Below are positions 1-10,875 of a stretch of DNA of 23,063 bases, piece by piece. Positions within the stretch are counted from its first letter, which is position 1. Each line of letters opens with the position of its first letter. Origin of the DNA: Bugula neritina (Eukaryota; Animalia; Bryozoa); the NCBI GenBank assembly GCA_964035545.1, contig CAXIUT010000069.1, positions 1-23,063 of the forward strand, read 5' to 3'. A program made the position numbers and the translations under genes. Under the pieces are notes generated by a model, which was given only the letters and a program-made list of their open reading frames with translations, was not told the DNA's origin and did no database searches.

Positions 1-69
1 CCCAACCCCAACCCCAACCCCAACCCCAACCCCAACCCCAACCCCAACCCCAACCCCAACCCCAACCCC
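1..69 (+). repeat. Left telomere, (CCCCAA)n
   Basis: Perfect C4A2 hexamer array at the window start, beginning CCCAA. This is the Tetrahymena-type (oligohymenophorean) telomere repeat. Confidence 0.98.
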
Positions 70-143
70 GAAATGATTGCTTTAAGTATATTTGAGAAGA
101 TATTATTTATATTAATTCTTATCTATGAATATATGTAGTTATA

Positions 144-821
144 TCAATATTTTTTATGATTTCTTTCTTCTTTATTGACCAATTTTTCAATAACATCATT
201 GAAGTTGAAGATAATAGACTAGTATTCCTCTACAACATATTTGATTTGTTTTTCTCTTTAATCTTTTTATCTTTATAGCTTCTATATCTAGGCCTATTGT
301 CTCTAGATGATGCTTCTATTAAACTTGATATCCATTCCTTGTTCTCCTTGTCTAACCTAGACATCTGCGTTACCAAGTTGTCCTAGCAATAGGACAAGTA
401 TTTAATAATTTTTGACTACATTGGAATCCAAGCCAACCATTTATCCTTATAATTTTTTGATATAGCTTCCCATTTTGAATCGATTGGTAAGCAGCTAGGC
501 TAGTACTTACTAAGATTATTTCGAATAGTATAGTCTATTTTATTGTCCTTCGCCTACATTTCTTAAGATATCTTGCATTAATTCTATTGGACTTTTATTC
601 CCGATATTTTTATTGTATTTTTATGACTTCATCATATTGAATCTAGTCTATGCTAATGGCTTTGTCTCAGTCTTAAATTATTTGTTGATTGTAGTTGTTT
701 GATTTGTCTATGATATTGTGTGACGAGGAATTGGCTAGTTGCCTATCCAGAGGTTGTCGGAGGGATTGTTAGGAGGTCGAGATTTTATGGAACGACTGTT
801 CTTGTTGCTGTAGGTACTCAT
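144..821 (-). CDS. Hypothetical protein, 225 aa (MSTYSNKNSRSIKSRPP...)
   Basis: ATG-to-TGA ORF of 226 codons when TAR=Glu, with a charged helical C-terminus. No family recognised. Confidence 0.7.
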
Positions 822-976
822 TCTGGTTATTATTTTTATAATATTTTTGTCAGTTTGGATCGTATCAGTTTTAATTACTCATAATATCATCAATAAATAT
901 ATTGTATGATATATACTAAATAATTTATCTATTGAGTAAGTAGTTGATAGCATATAGGGTATGATAAGGATGATGA

Positions 977-2650
977 TCAGGTGGATTTGATTTTTTCCCA
1001 ATTTTTTATAAAAGAATTCAATATATTTTGCACACTGCTTCCGCTCTGTGAAATCATGTGCAATTGTTCCAAATCTAGTCCCTTAATCTATTTCAACAAA
1101 TCGACCTGCTTATTCAAATAATGAATAGACACATTCTTACGTTATATCTATTTCTATACAATGGGTGCTCGACCTTTACACTTCTATAGCTAATCAGCCG
1201 ACCTACCCAAGTCTCCCACAACTTATTCTGTTACTTTGTGCAAGGACTAGCTGGTTGATTTGCTGTGGCAGATGTCTTATTCTGTGTTGTTTTGGATGGT
1301 TTGGAGTTACTTCATGGTTTTGGTGTGGGTGTCGAGAGTGTCAGTTAGTTATTTTTTGTCCATTATCAAGGCAGAACACTATTGTTCTAAACTAGCCAAT
1401 CGATTGCTTAACAACTAGTATACTTCATCTTTTTCTGAAAGGTCGTTTTTCATCTATTTAAGCCATACCTTTTTAGCTCTCAAAGTTTGATCTTTCACCA
1501 TATTTTATCCCTCTCTTTCGATTATTTGCACCTCTCTCAAACACTCATCCATAATCACTAGATATTTGTTTTTATGCTGACGTTATATTTATCGCTATCT
1601 GGCTTACTCACTTAAAAACAACTAAATTTATGCTATTGTATTTTAGGCAGTTGATTTTTGTTTTTAATTTACCATTATTTTTTTGCGTAAAAGGCTGTTA
1701 GCATCTTACATTGGTTTCAACATAGGATTTGTATCTTATAATTACTACAATTATTAACACTGTTGACTAGTTTCTATCATATTCTCTCTCTAGTTCTTAA
1801 ATTTCTATTCAAATTTGTCATTCTTCTTCGTCTTTTCCTCTGCTATCCTCACCTATGCTATCTTCTCCTTCTATATCTAGCGATGTATTCTCTATATACT
1901 ATATCAAGTACTGACATCTACTAGTTCATCTTTTTGATCTGGTCATGCATGCGACGACTCTCCTCGCCCACCGCTGTATACTATTCAACAGCTAGTACAT
2001 ATTCTTTGATGATTCTAGGTATATAAATAGGTACTGACCAAGCTTATCATTAAATTCATTTCTTCTTTCATCTTTTTGTCGACGATGTCCTTCGATAATT
2101 TGATGTAGTCTATCGATTTATCCTTTTTGGGTTGTCAGTACTTCAGATGCTTAGTTTTTTTTCATGCCCAGAGATCCGAGTTGTTGCTATAGTTTGGCCT
2201 TAGTAGCGTTGTATTTATTTTTCATGGCTAGGATGTTTTAATTGATTGGGATTTAGTCTTTGAGGAAGTTGTCTAGCTAGTTGACACCTTATCTTTCTAA
2301 TATTTCTTTATCTTTCAGTAATTTGAGTTAATATTAGAGGTATTTGATTTCTTACTGTAGTCCCTAACTATTAAAGAATGTACTCCAATATACTAATCTT
2401 CTAGTACTTTTTGATTAGGTTTATTTTTGAGTTGATTGACTGCATGTTAGAAGCCTGATTTGTTGGTTTGCTAGAATCCACTTTTGGATGTCTTAGCAAA
2501 ATCATGTCCTTATACTTTTTTTGGTCTTGTGATCATTGATTTGCCGTTGAGGCCTTCGTTTGCATGGATGTTGCTGCCGATTACTTTGCTGTAGGCCATT
2601 GATTTGTTTGCGACTACTCCTTGGTGAAGAGATTGGGTTGCTTTGCGCAT
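977..2650 (-). CDS. Long coiled-coil protein, 537 aa, three 20-nt introns
   Basis: Removing introns 2364-2383, 2015-2034 and 1892-1911 gives one continuous frame ending in TGA. Heptad-rich, e.g. GLQEEIKYLEYELKLLKDKE. Confidence 0.8.
1892..1911 (-). other. 20-nt spliceosomal intron
   Basis: GTACTTGATATAGTATATAG; removal restores the frame. Confidence 0.85.
2015..2034 (-). other. 20-nt spliceosomal intron
   Basis: GTACCTATTTATATACCTAG; removal restores the frame. Confidence 0.85.
2364..2383 (-). other. 20-nt spliceosomal intron
   Basis: GTACATTCTTTAATAGTTAG; removal restores the frame. Confidence 0.85.
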
Positions 2651-2735
2651 GATCAGTTATATCAATTAAATTAAACAATATAACTATAGTTAGTCATTCA
2701 TATTAGTTGCCTAAAGAATTAAAACAATAACAAGA

Positions 2736-3434
2736 TCACTTTTAGTTGAGTTAGTTGAGTTAGGAGATGACGCTGGTGCCTTTCCAGTTGGACTAAGAGT
2801 ATCTGAGGGAGGAGATGTTGTTTTAGCTATTGAAGGTAAACAAATCATTTCCTGGCTAATTGATTTATAGACTTGAAGATGGGCCTGAGAGGATTTCATG
2901 AGCTTTGCATTTGTTTTATTGTATATTTTATCCAAATCGATGATGTTCTAGGATGTATTCGGGCATGATTTAGTTTTGAGTTGAGGGGATGGTTTATAAG
3001 CTGGTTAATTTCTTTTTAAACAAAGGTTTTTCTTTCAAATACAATACATTCTATTTACTTGCTTTTGCTTTCTTTACGCCCACTTTAGCTTATGCTTTCT
3101 ATTATATTACTACTGATGGAACACGATAGGATTATACTTGACTCTCATCCATTGCTTTAAATTCTGCAGTTTGACCTAATTCTCCTGAAGCTGTTATTTA
3201 AAATATTTTCTTTCTTTTGTATTTTGGAGAAGTAGGAATCTATTTGTTTCTTTAGTTGTGACTGTTACATTGGATAGTTTTGGTTTATGGAAGGGAGGGT
3301 GCTTGCTTCGATGATTGGAGGGATGGTTGTGAGGAGAGGTAATTTTGGGATGATAGAGAAGAGTGGTTTTGTTTCAAGAATGAGGTCAACATTTTTGGAA
3401 TTTGTTTGTTATTGTAAAATACTATAGAAATCAT
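2736..3434 (-). CDS. Hypothetical S/K/E-rich protein, ~232 aa (alternative start at 3392)
   Basis: Uninterrupted 233-codon ORF in code 30. Confidence 0.65.
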
Positions 3435-3518
3435 AGAATTATCAAAGCTATTATGTTTTTGATAGTTATATGTGAATTGATAGTTATTGGATATGATAAG
3501 TAAAAGTAATAAAAAGGA

Positions 3519-4652
3519 TCATATTTGTTCAAGACTGCACTAACTTAGATCTAGGCTGATGAGATCTTCTTATCTTTTACTTTTTTTTCCTCTTTTAATT
3601 TATTTTCCTATTCCAATTTCCATCTACCTATTATCCATTCTCGATATAACATTTAACTGTCTCTTCAAATGGTCATTCTAGTATCTATATCTCTAAATTT
3701 AATGTCTTATTTTATCATTTTAATATTTTAATTTTTAAGTTTACCTAACTGTTTTATTAAACTATGTCTTATATCTCAAAAGCATTGAATTTTACATCTA
3801 TAGGTATTTTATTTTATCATTTGCTTTTGATATTTCTTTCTTTGCTGCTTATAAAGTGTATCGTAGCTAGTTTTACCCTTTTTGAACTTGTTATTATAAA
3901 CCATCTATTACAATTTTCATTTTATCAACCTCATATTTTTGTCCATTTATACGCTATATAGTACCTTATAGCTCTTAGATCATTCTATTCTTTATATTGA
4001 TTTGCTATTCCAATCTACAACTCTGTTCCTTTTGTAGTTTGCATTGTTAACGTCTATTTTTGCAAGTCATGCATTATTTCTAACTATATCGTTATTTTAA
4101 AGCTTCCATTTTCTTTTATTGATCTTTTGAACGTCTTCTCTAGATACGCGGCACGTATAAAGCATTCACTGAACGATTATGCATAAGAGAGGAGTCTGTT
4201 GTATCGTCCATGTCGTGATTTTGCTTTGAAAGAGGTAGTGGGCAATCGAATTTCTTAAGGTTTGCTTGTTATATAAGGTTTTTATCTAATTTAAAAGATG
4301 GTTTTTGGTAGCGTAGGGTGTTGAGGAGGTTAGTGGCACTAGTTGATGTTACAATTTTTAGTTATCTTTGACTGACCGTTTTGACTTTCTATTATTTCTT
4401 TTTCTATTCTGTCTCAAATGGTATTGTTTAGTTGTTAATAATACAACTTTGTCTAGAATTATCGAGATGTTATAAAATTCCATCTTTCTTTTTTTTATCG
4501 AAGGCAAAAGTGGGACTACCTAATGGTTTTCTCACAAAAAGTCGTTTTTTTTTGTTATTTTATTCAGCATTAGGAGATGTGAGTAGATTGGGGAGGGTTG
4601 TATTGTGGTAGTCGATATCGATTGTTTTGGGGGACTGATGATAAGCATTCAT
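3519..4652 (-). CDS. Hypothetical protein with C-terminal coiled coil, 377 aa
   Basis: Uninterrupted 378-codon ORF in code 30 (MNAYHQSPKTID...ECSLEQI*). Confidence 0.75.
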
Positions 4653-4790
4653 ATTATATTTCCTTCTCTTGAAATTATTATACTCTAGTTATTAAACAAA
4701 CTCAGTAGATAAAAGTTATACTATTGTTATTGTTTGATTTAAAAAGACGGAATATGTTTTTATCTCAAAATAAATAAATATTTGAATCGA

Positions 4791-5075
4791 ATGGAGGTGG
4801 ATAAACGCATTGAGATAAAGAAGTGGAACGCGGTGGCTTTGTGGAGTTGGAATGTGGCGGTTGAGAATTGTGCTATTTGTAAGAATAGTATTAATGAGAC
4901 TTGTTTGGAGTGTCAGGCTAATTAGATAGCTGATAGTTAGTCTTGCTTGATTAGTTGGGGAGCTTGCAACCATGCCTATCATACTCACTGTATTAGTCGA
5001 TGGACGAGTCAAAAAAAAAATACCTGTCCTCTGTGTCAAAAATCATGGAATACTGTCAAAACTGCCAAAGAGTGA
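4791..5075 (+). CDS. RBX1: RING-box protein (RBX1/Hrt1 family RING-H2), 94 aa
   Basis: [41 protein letters not shown] and CPLC motifs; two in-frame TAG codons; TGA stop. Confidence 0.92.
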
Positions 5076-5132
5076 TCGTCTAATTTGAATTTCATAATTA
5101 TTTAACAAAGAATTAAAGATATTTCCTTGTGA

Positions 5133-6070
5133 TCATATCTAATGAGGCATCATCGCCATGATTTGACCCTACATTTGGTTTGTTCCCCAGAGCGCCATTA
5201 ACTTCCGACGGACTCCTTCGCGTAGCCGATCTACCATTCCTTTGTCTTCGACTTGGGTTTCGAGAGTTGCTTAGATTTATTGCATGATTTGCTGAGGTGG
5301 AATGGATACTGGTTAATTTTTGGATGACAGGACGTCAAGGGTGTTTTCTTGTATTTTAGCAATAGTTCTTGTGCTTTGAATAGGGTCGAATATTTATCTG
5401 ATGACTGAGAACAAGAAGAAGATGCCTAGGAAGATAAGCATTCTTGCGAAAGGGTTTTTGATTTACACTTGTTTGTTTCTAATCTATTAGAGGTGATACT
5501 TTTGTTGTGCCTAGAATTTGAGTCTTTAGTTTTATATTTTTTGTTGTTTGCATTCTTATTGCAGTTGTCGATTTAGTTCTTCTAGAGCCTTCACCTTTTA
5601 TTTCTTTTTGTCTCTTGATACCTGAGCGCTGATTCGATTTCTTTGCTTTTTGAAATCTTCATCCTATTATCCCATTGGAATATATGTTGCTCTTCTTTCA
5701 TATACACCATTCTTTCTAGCTTTAGCACGATTTCTTTTTAATTTGTTCTTATATCTTACTATTCTTTTTCTTAACAGTCCCACATCTACTGATTAAAACA
5801 TACTGTTGTCGACCTTGTGGATGAGTTAGTTGATTGGTGTATCACAGATGTCAACTTGTTCCTCGAGGTAGCTGATAATCTAGGTCAGTAGAGTTGTACA
5901 TCTGTTACTGATGACGATGGCTGGATGAGAGGTGTTTCTGAGGGAGATTAGTTGGCGAAGGAAGCGATAAAAGGATTAAAGTTTTATTGACTTTGGTTGG
6001 GGAAATCGACTTCTAGGTCAAAAATTTTAAGAGGTTGTGAGGTGAGTTCGGATTGGAATGAATTTATCAT
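5133..6070 (-). CDS. Membrane-anchored bZIP transcription factor, ~305 aa
   Basis: Basic region KKQRNRISAQVSRDKKK (N-x7-R), zipper LEELNRQLQEE...NERL, hydrophobic segment MLIFLGIFFLFSVI. 20-nt intron at 5880-5899; possible in-frame 21-nt intron at 5479-5499. Confidence 0.85.
5880..5899 (-). other. 20-nt spliceosomal intron
   Basis: GTACAACTCTACTGACCTAG; contains an in-frame TGA, and removal joins the ORF. Confidence 0.88.
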
Positions 6071-6198
6071 AAGTAATTAATTATTAATATTTAAATGATA
6101 AGCTATCAGAATACTGAATCCTATTCTAACAACAGATTTAACCAACAGATAATCATACGTACAAAATAAATATAAATATTATTTCTTTAAACTCCCAG

Positions 6199-7803
6199 AT
6201 GCATCAATAATAATACTAAATAAAAATGCAAACGCCAAAAACCTTCGATTTTCCATCATTATATCCTAGTCTAGACTAATCTTTGACAAATCTCTAACAG
6301 ACAATGGGTATGTAGAGTCCAATTATAAAGCCACCACCCGTATTCCATCCCCATCCTAATCATCATTCAAGATTGCAACTTGAATCGTAAAATCTATAGG
6401 CCAGTATTGATGAAGGGATGACTCTTTTCATGGGTGGCTATCAAAAATATAAGTGTTTTAAGTGTTATGGGGTGAGGAGTAGTCAGTAGATGGGTTATTC
6501 TATGGGTTTATGCGAGTAGTGTGATGGAAGTTAGTATATTAATGACAATCATCCGATAGCTGGGCTGTTGGATAAGGTGTTGAAGTCCAAGTTACCAACT
6601 TTGATGTAAAAAATAAAAGAAGAACAGGAAATGAGCTATCATCAGAAAATAGATTGTAGAAATTGTAAATTAATCATCAATACAACCTAGCACTACATAT
6701 GCGACCAATGTGACTACAATATTTGTTTATTTTGTTACTAGAATCAGAGATACATACATATACCTTTCCACGTTCTTTCGAAAAAGCCAATAAAAACTCC
6801 AATAATAAAGCTAAAACCAAATTTGCCTCCAATGAAAAAAATAAGTGAATAGTTATAATCTTAATAGCAATTAGCTTTGTAGTAGGAGTTGATTTGTTCA
6901 TCATGCAAGTCATGTATATAGGAGTGTTACTAAATATGTTAAAATTGTCAAAAAGAACATTAGTTGTATATCCTATGTACTAGCTGTTCTAATAATAGTC
7001 AGTTTTTGCATGATATTTCTCATAATTTTATCATGAAAACTGTCACTAAAGAATCTATGCTGCCTGATTTCTTGAATAGACAGTCTGGCGATAGTAGTGT
7101 CGTCAGAATATCTGGGTTGATGGAATCAGAACAGTAAATTTAGTTGGATTCGCCTTCTACGCCTTTCAAGCAGAGTGGTGTCAAAACTATATCATCGTCT
7201 ATTGTGTTTATGCCAGCAATTGAAATGACTAATTCCATGTAAATACCTTAACTTAAATTATAAAACCTTAATAACAACCTATCTGCTCCTCAGGTTTTAT
7301 AAAACTAACCAGAATCATAGCTATTTTAAACATGTTTAACTTTCAATCCATAGATGTCAACATCCCAAGAGCCAATCCCATCAAATCCCGAGATGAAGAC
7401 AAACATATCTCCACCAAAACCCAAAAAAACAACTCAGAGAAATGACTCTTTGATAAATATAAACATGGACTAACTAGATCACGATTCACGGACATCATTT
7501 TTCTAGAAATCTTATAATGCCTGCCAAACTTCTCGTTCTAATCGTGATCGATAAGATTACTTGTTTTCTGGATATCAATGTGATCTATGCTATGCTACTC
7601 CTATCAAAAATAAGAGATATCACTGCTAGGAGTGTGAAGATTATGATATTTGTGAGCAGTGTTATGATCGGAAGAGGGGACTGCATGAACACGGAAGGTT
7701 TGAGGAGATCGATGGGAGAGAGTTGTTAAAGAAGAGAGAAGAAATGGTCAATCAGATTAGATGTACTTCTATTGCGAGGTATTCTATGGGCAGAAAATAT
7801 TGA
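6199..7803 (+). CDS. Multi-ZZ-type zinc finger protein, 534 aa
   Basis: 535-codon ORF with three CxxC...CxxC...CxxC...H-x-H clusters. The clearest is CDLCYATPIKNKRYHCEECEDYDICEQCY...HEH. An N-terminal CFKCYG/CEECDG pair is also present. Confidence 0.85.
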
Positions 7804-7856
7804 TTTTACTTGATTTGTTGATAATTCTTATTTAAGCAATGATAAACAATTAAAAA

Positions 7857-9398
7857 TCAAAAGTTTTGGGCTTATATGACTAGTTTGATAGATTCCATTT
7901 ATTTAATACCTGCTTCACCTTCTATGATAACTTTCTAAATATCTACCATTATTCCATTGAGATATACTATAACAGCAAAGCTTTTGACAACCAAATTGAT
8001 TCTTTTCTTTCGAACGAGCTACATCGCTGGCTAAGTATTCTATTCTAACAATCTGACCTATTCACCTAACAGCCAATATAGTTATTATGAAAAGTTATCT
8101 TATTAAATAAGATTTATAAAATTGCCACTTTTCTAGATAATGTGGTTGTATAGTTAGCGTAGTGCATCTTTTATTTTTTTGTTTTAGGTTTTAAGTTGCT
8201 ATTATAGACGGAGACCTTGGAGAGATTGGTTGAATTGACGCAGTTCGTTCAAAGAGACCAAGGCGAATGGGAATACGAAGGGACTTTATGTTGGATTTGG
8301 ATTTTAGAGGGCTTTTAGTATTTTTAATCTTTCTAGATAAAATTTTTTATAGGTTAAAAAGAGGAGCTAGTCCCAGCATTAGACTTCTTAGTAGATTTAT
8401 TTGAACTGTTTGACATAAGAGGGTAGCAAGTTGAGCAACTAGAGATGCAATTATACTTTTTATACTATTTAGGATTAACCTCTACTTCTACCATTGATAC
8501 TTTATAACATGAGATTGACAGATTATTCCAGAGGAAATGTTTGATTGAGTTGTCTAACTTTAAGTACGATTCTTTTATTTCTTGATCTTGCTTTTATTCG
8601 GGCTACATGTTGTTAATTTTGCTTTATTTTCTTATTTCTAGGCGATGATTTCTCATCATTTTTTGTTATTGATGGGATCATACAACGTTAGATCGAACAG
8701 GCATTCCGACTGCTTTTCGGTCTGACTGTTTTGAGTGATTTTATTTTTTATAAAATATGATTTCTACTCTTATTTCTACTCTTTTATTTACTTCTATTAT
8801 CGTTATTGATAGATTACTTGTTATTTTACTATTATTTGGATTATTTTGATACAATTTTACTGCTTTATTCTGTGGGTACATGGGATACTTGTTTGATAAA
8901 ATATTTGGCATATTCCATTGCACTTCTGGATTTCTATTTTTTATGTTAGAAACTAGCTATCCTCTTGACCACATCTGATCCACTATTTACTACATCTAAT
9001 CCACCATTTTATACTTGTTTATTTCTTTTCATATAGTTTCTACGAGAATACTGTTGGTATTCGCTTTTTCTTTGTTCTGCTTTGAACTATCGATGTTCTG
9101 TCTATCTTTGTTCCTTTTGTAGTTATTTAGTAGTTGTAGTAATTGATGGTTCTTTTTTATGAAATGGAGGCAATTGGGAAGTCAAATTAGTTTGTGAGAA
9201 AGGCTATGTTGGAAGACGTTAGGAGAGTCGCTGATTTTTATTGCGATTGGTAAAAATAGAAGAAGAAGGACGCTCCACAGCTATGGTAGATGCTTTTTGT
9301 GGACGAGGGCACATGGCAGGGTGTAGAGTCTTTTGTTTTGCACTGTACATCTGGTTCTAGTTCAACGATAATACACAGCTATTATTGTTATACTCCAT
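7857..9398 (-). CDS. Hypothetical protein, 513 aa
   Basis: Uninterrupted 514-codon ORF in code 30; disordered N-terminal half, helical C-terminal half. Confidence 0.78.
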
Positions 9399-9519
9399 TT
9401 ACCAGTATTTGTTATTATAAAACAAATATCAACACTATCAAAGACAATAGTTGTTACAGGTTGAAATTGATGGATCTACTGTCTTTGATTGTAGAAATAA
9501 TAGCTAAAGACATACATTA

Positions 9520-10068
9520 TCAGTTGTTGACATCGTAGTCGTCAAACTTGTCATTGAATTCGAGGATTTTCTTCTTTATTTTAGAAGTCTAGACCCAACC
9601 AACGTGATCTTATAGTTGTCTACTCACTAAAAAGGCAGGATCTGTGACGACTTCTGTTCCTACTCGAACATGTCCTTGTTCGATAAAAGTCACACTCTAC
9701 TTCATAGTCTATGCGAATTTTAAACTGCACATTAGCACTGCTAGCCTTCTGCGACAAAATGCACTAACAGCTAGTTTCTCAGTATCTTCTATGTTATTTT
9801 TGGAGTTGATGAGACCCATGTTATGCAGTTTTAGCAATAGTTGTTCTGTAACTTTAATTCGAAGAGGATCATCTTTTGGGAGTTGTTTTAGTTTGTGGAC
9901 TAAGGCCGTGATTAGTCCTGCTATTTTGGAGTAGTGGCTGTAATCTTGGCGGTCTTGTAGGTGATATCTATGTGATACTTTTGACTATCTTCGATCTGAT
10001 TCTATTTTCCAGTCTACGAAGTTAACTTTTTTCAGGAGTTTTTGCTAATGATATTTGAGTTTTCGCAT
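9520..10068 (-). CDS. IMP3: U3 snoRNP protein IMP3 (S4-like RNA-binding), 182 aa
   Basis: MRKLKYHEQKLLKKV, SAFCRRRL and FIEQGHVRVGTEVVTDPAFLV; TAR codons fall at conserved Glu positions. Confidence 0.96.
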
Positions 10069-10138
10069 TGTTGATTATTTCTACTATAATTATAAAATTA
10101 ATCTGAAAAGATATGATAAAACAATATATGATATTTAA

Positions 10139-10828
10139 TCAGAGGTATTCTGGTTGCAAATTTTAATTTTTGACTTTCAAAGCAACGAATGATCCATTTT
10201 TGGGGACATTCAATCCTTAGACCCATCCAAGTAGTAACTATCCGATTTGCTATGGTTTTGACCATTTTCTAAAATCAGAATTGGGCATGGCTAAACGATT
10301 AGTTTCTGTATCAATTGTTTAGGGTAAAATAGTAACTACTTTACATTTGTATTATTCAGCTTTTTATGCCAAAGCAGTAGCCAGATAGTGCACTCCAGTT
10401 TTGGCAAGAGAATAGGCCAACATTTAAGGTTGTGGATCTTTATAAACAGCCAAAGCACCAGTAAAAGTAATCAACCCGTTTTATTTAAGATATTTAGTGG
10501 CTAAATGTGCACCCAATAGCGATGGATACAGACAGACCTAATTCATCGACTTGACAGATTGATAGTAGTTATCTTATTTGATACTGCCGCCAGTCCATCC
10601 GCCAGCCATTACTAAAATAGCATCGTATTTCATATTTAGAGATTTGACTTAGTTGATAGCGTATTGATTGATTTATGATGGTTGTTTTCCTGCTTCTAAG
10701 ATGATATTTTGTTTTGCTTGTTGGTGATTTTTGAAGTCGATGTTTACTATTGTGTGTTTGGACATGGTGGTGATTACTTTTGAACCCAGCTGGCCTCCTC
10801 CCCCCAAACAAAGAATGTTTTTGAGCAT
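10139..10828 (-). CDS. QDPR: Dihydropteridine reductase-like SDR, 229 aa
   Basis: LGGGGQLG Rossmann motif, AGGWTGG, YSLAK (YxxxK), ILPETIDTETNRLAMPNSDFRKW. Confidence 0.92.
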
Positions 10829-10875
10829 AATTAATTATAGGTTATATGAGTTGTTTATTAGAAAAACATAATTAT

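Noticed and set aside
7839-8585. Plus-strand ORF with one in-frame TGA (8088-8090) reading like ELL[W]KVIL, suggesting TGA=Trp and a code with no dedicated stop
   Set aside because: It is the antisense shadow of the uninterrupted minus-strand gene 7857-9398, where that triplet is TCA (Ser). Conserved genes use TGG for Trp.
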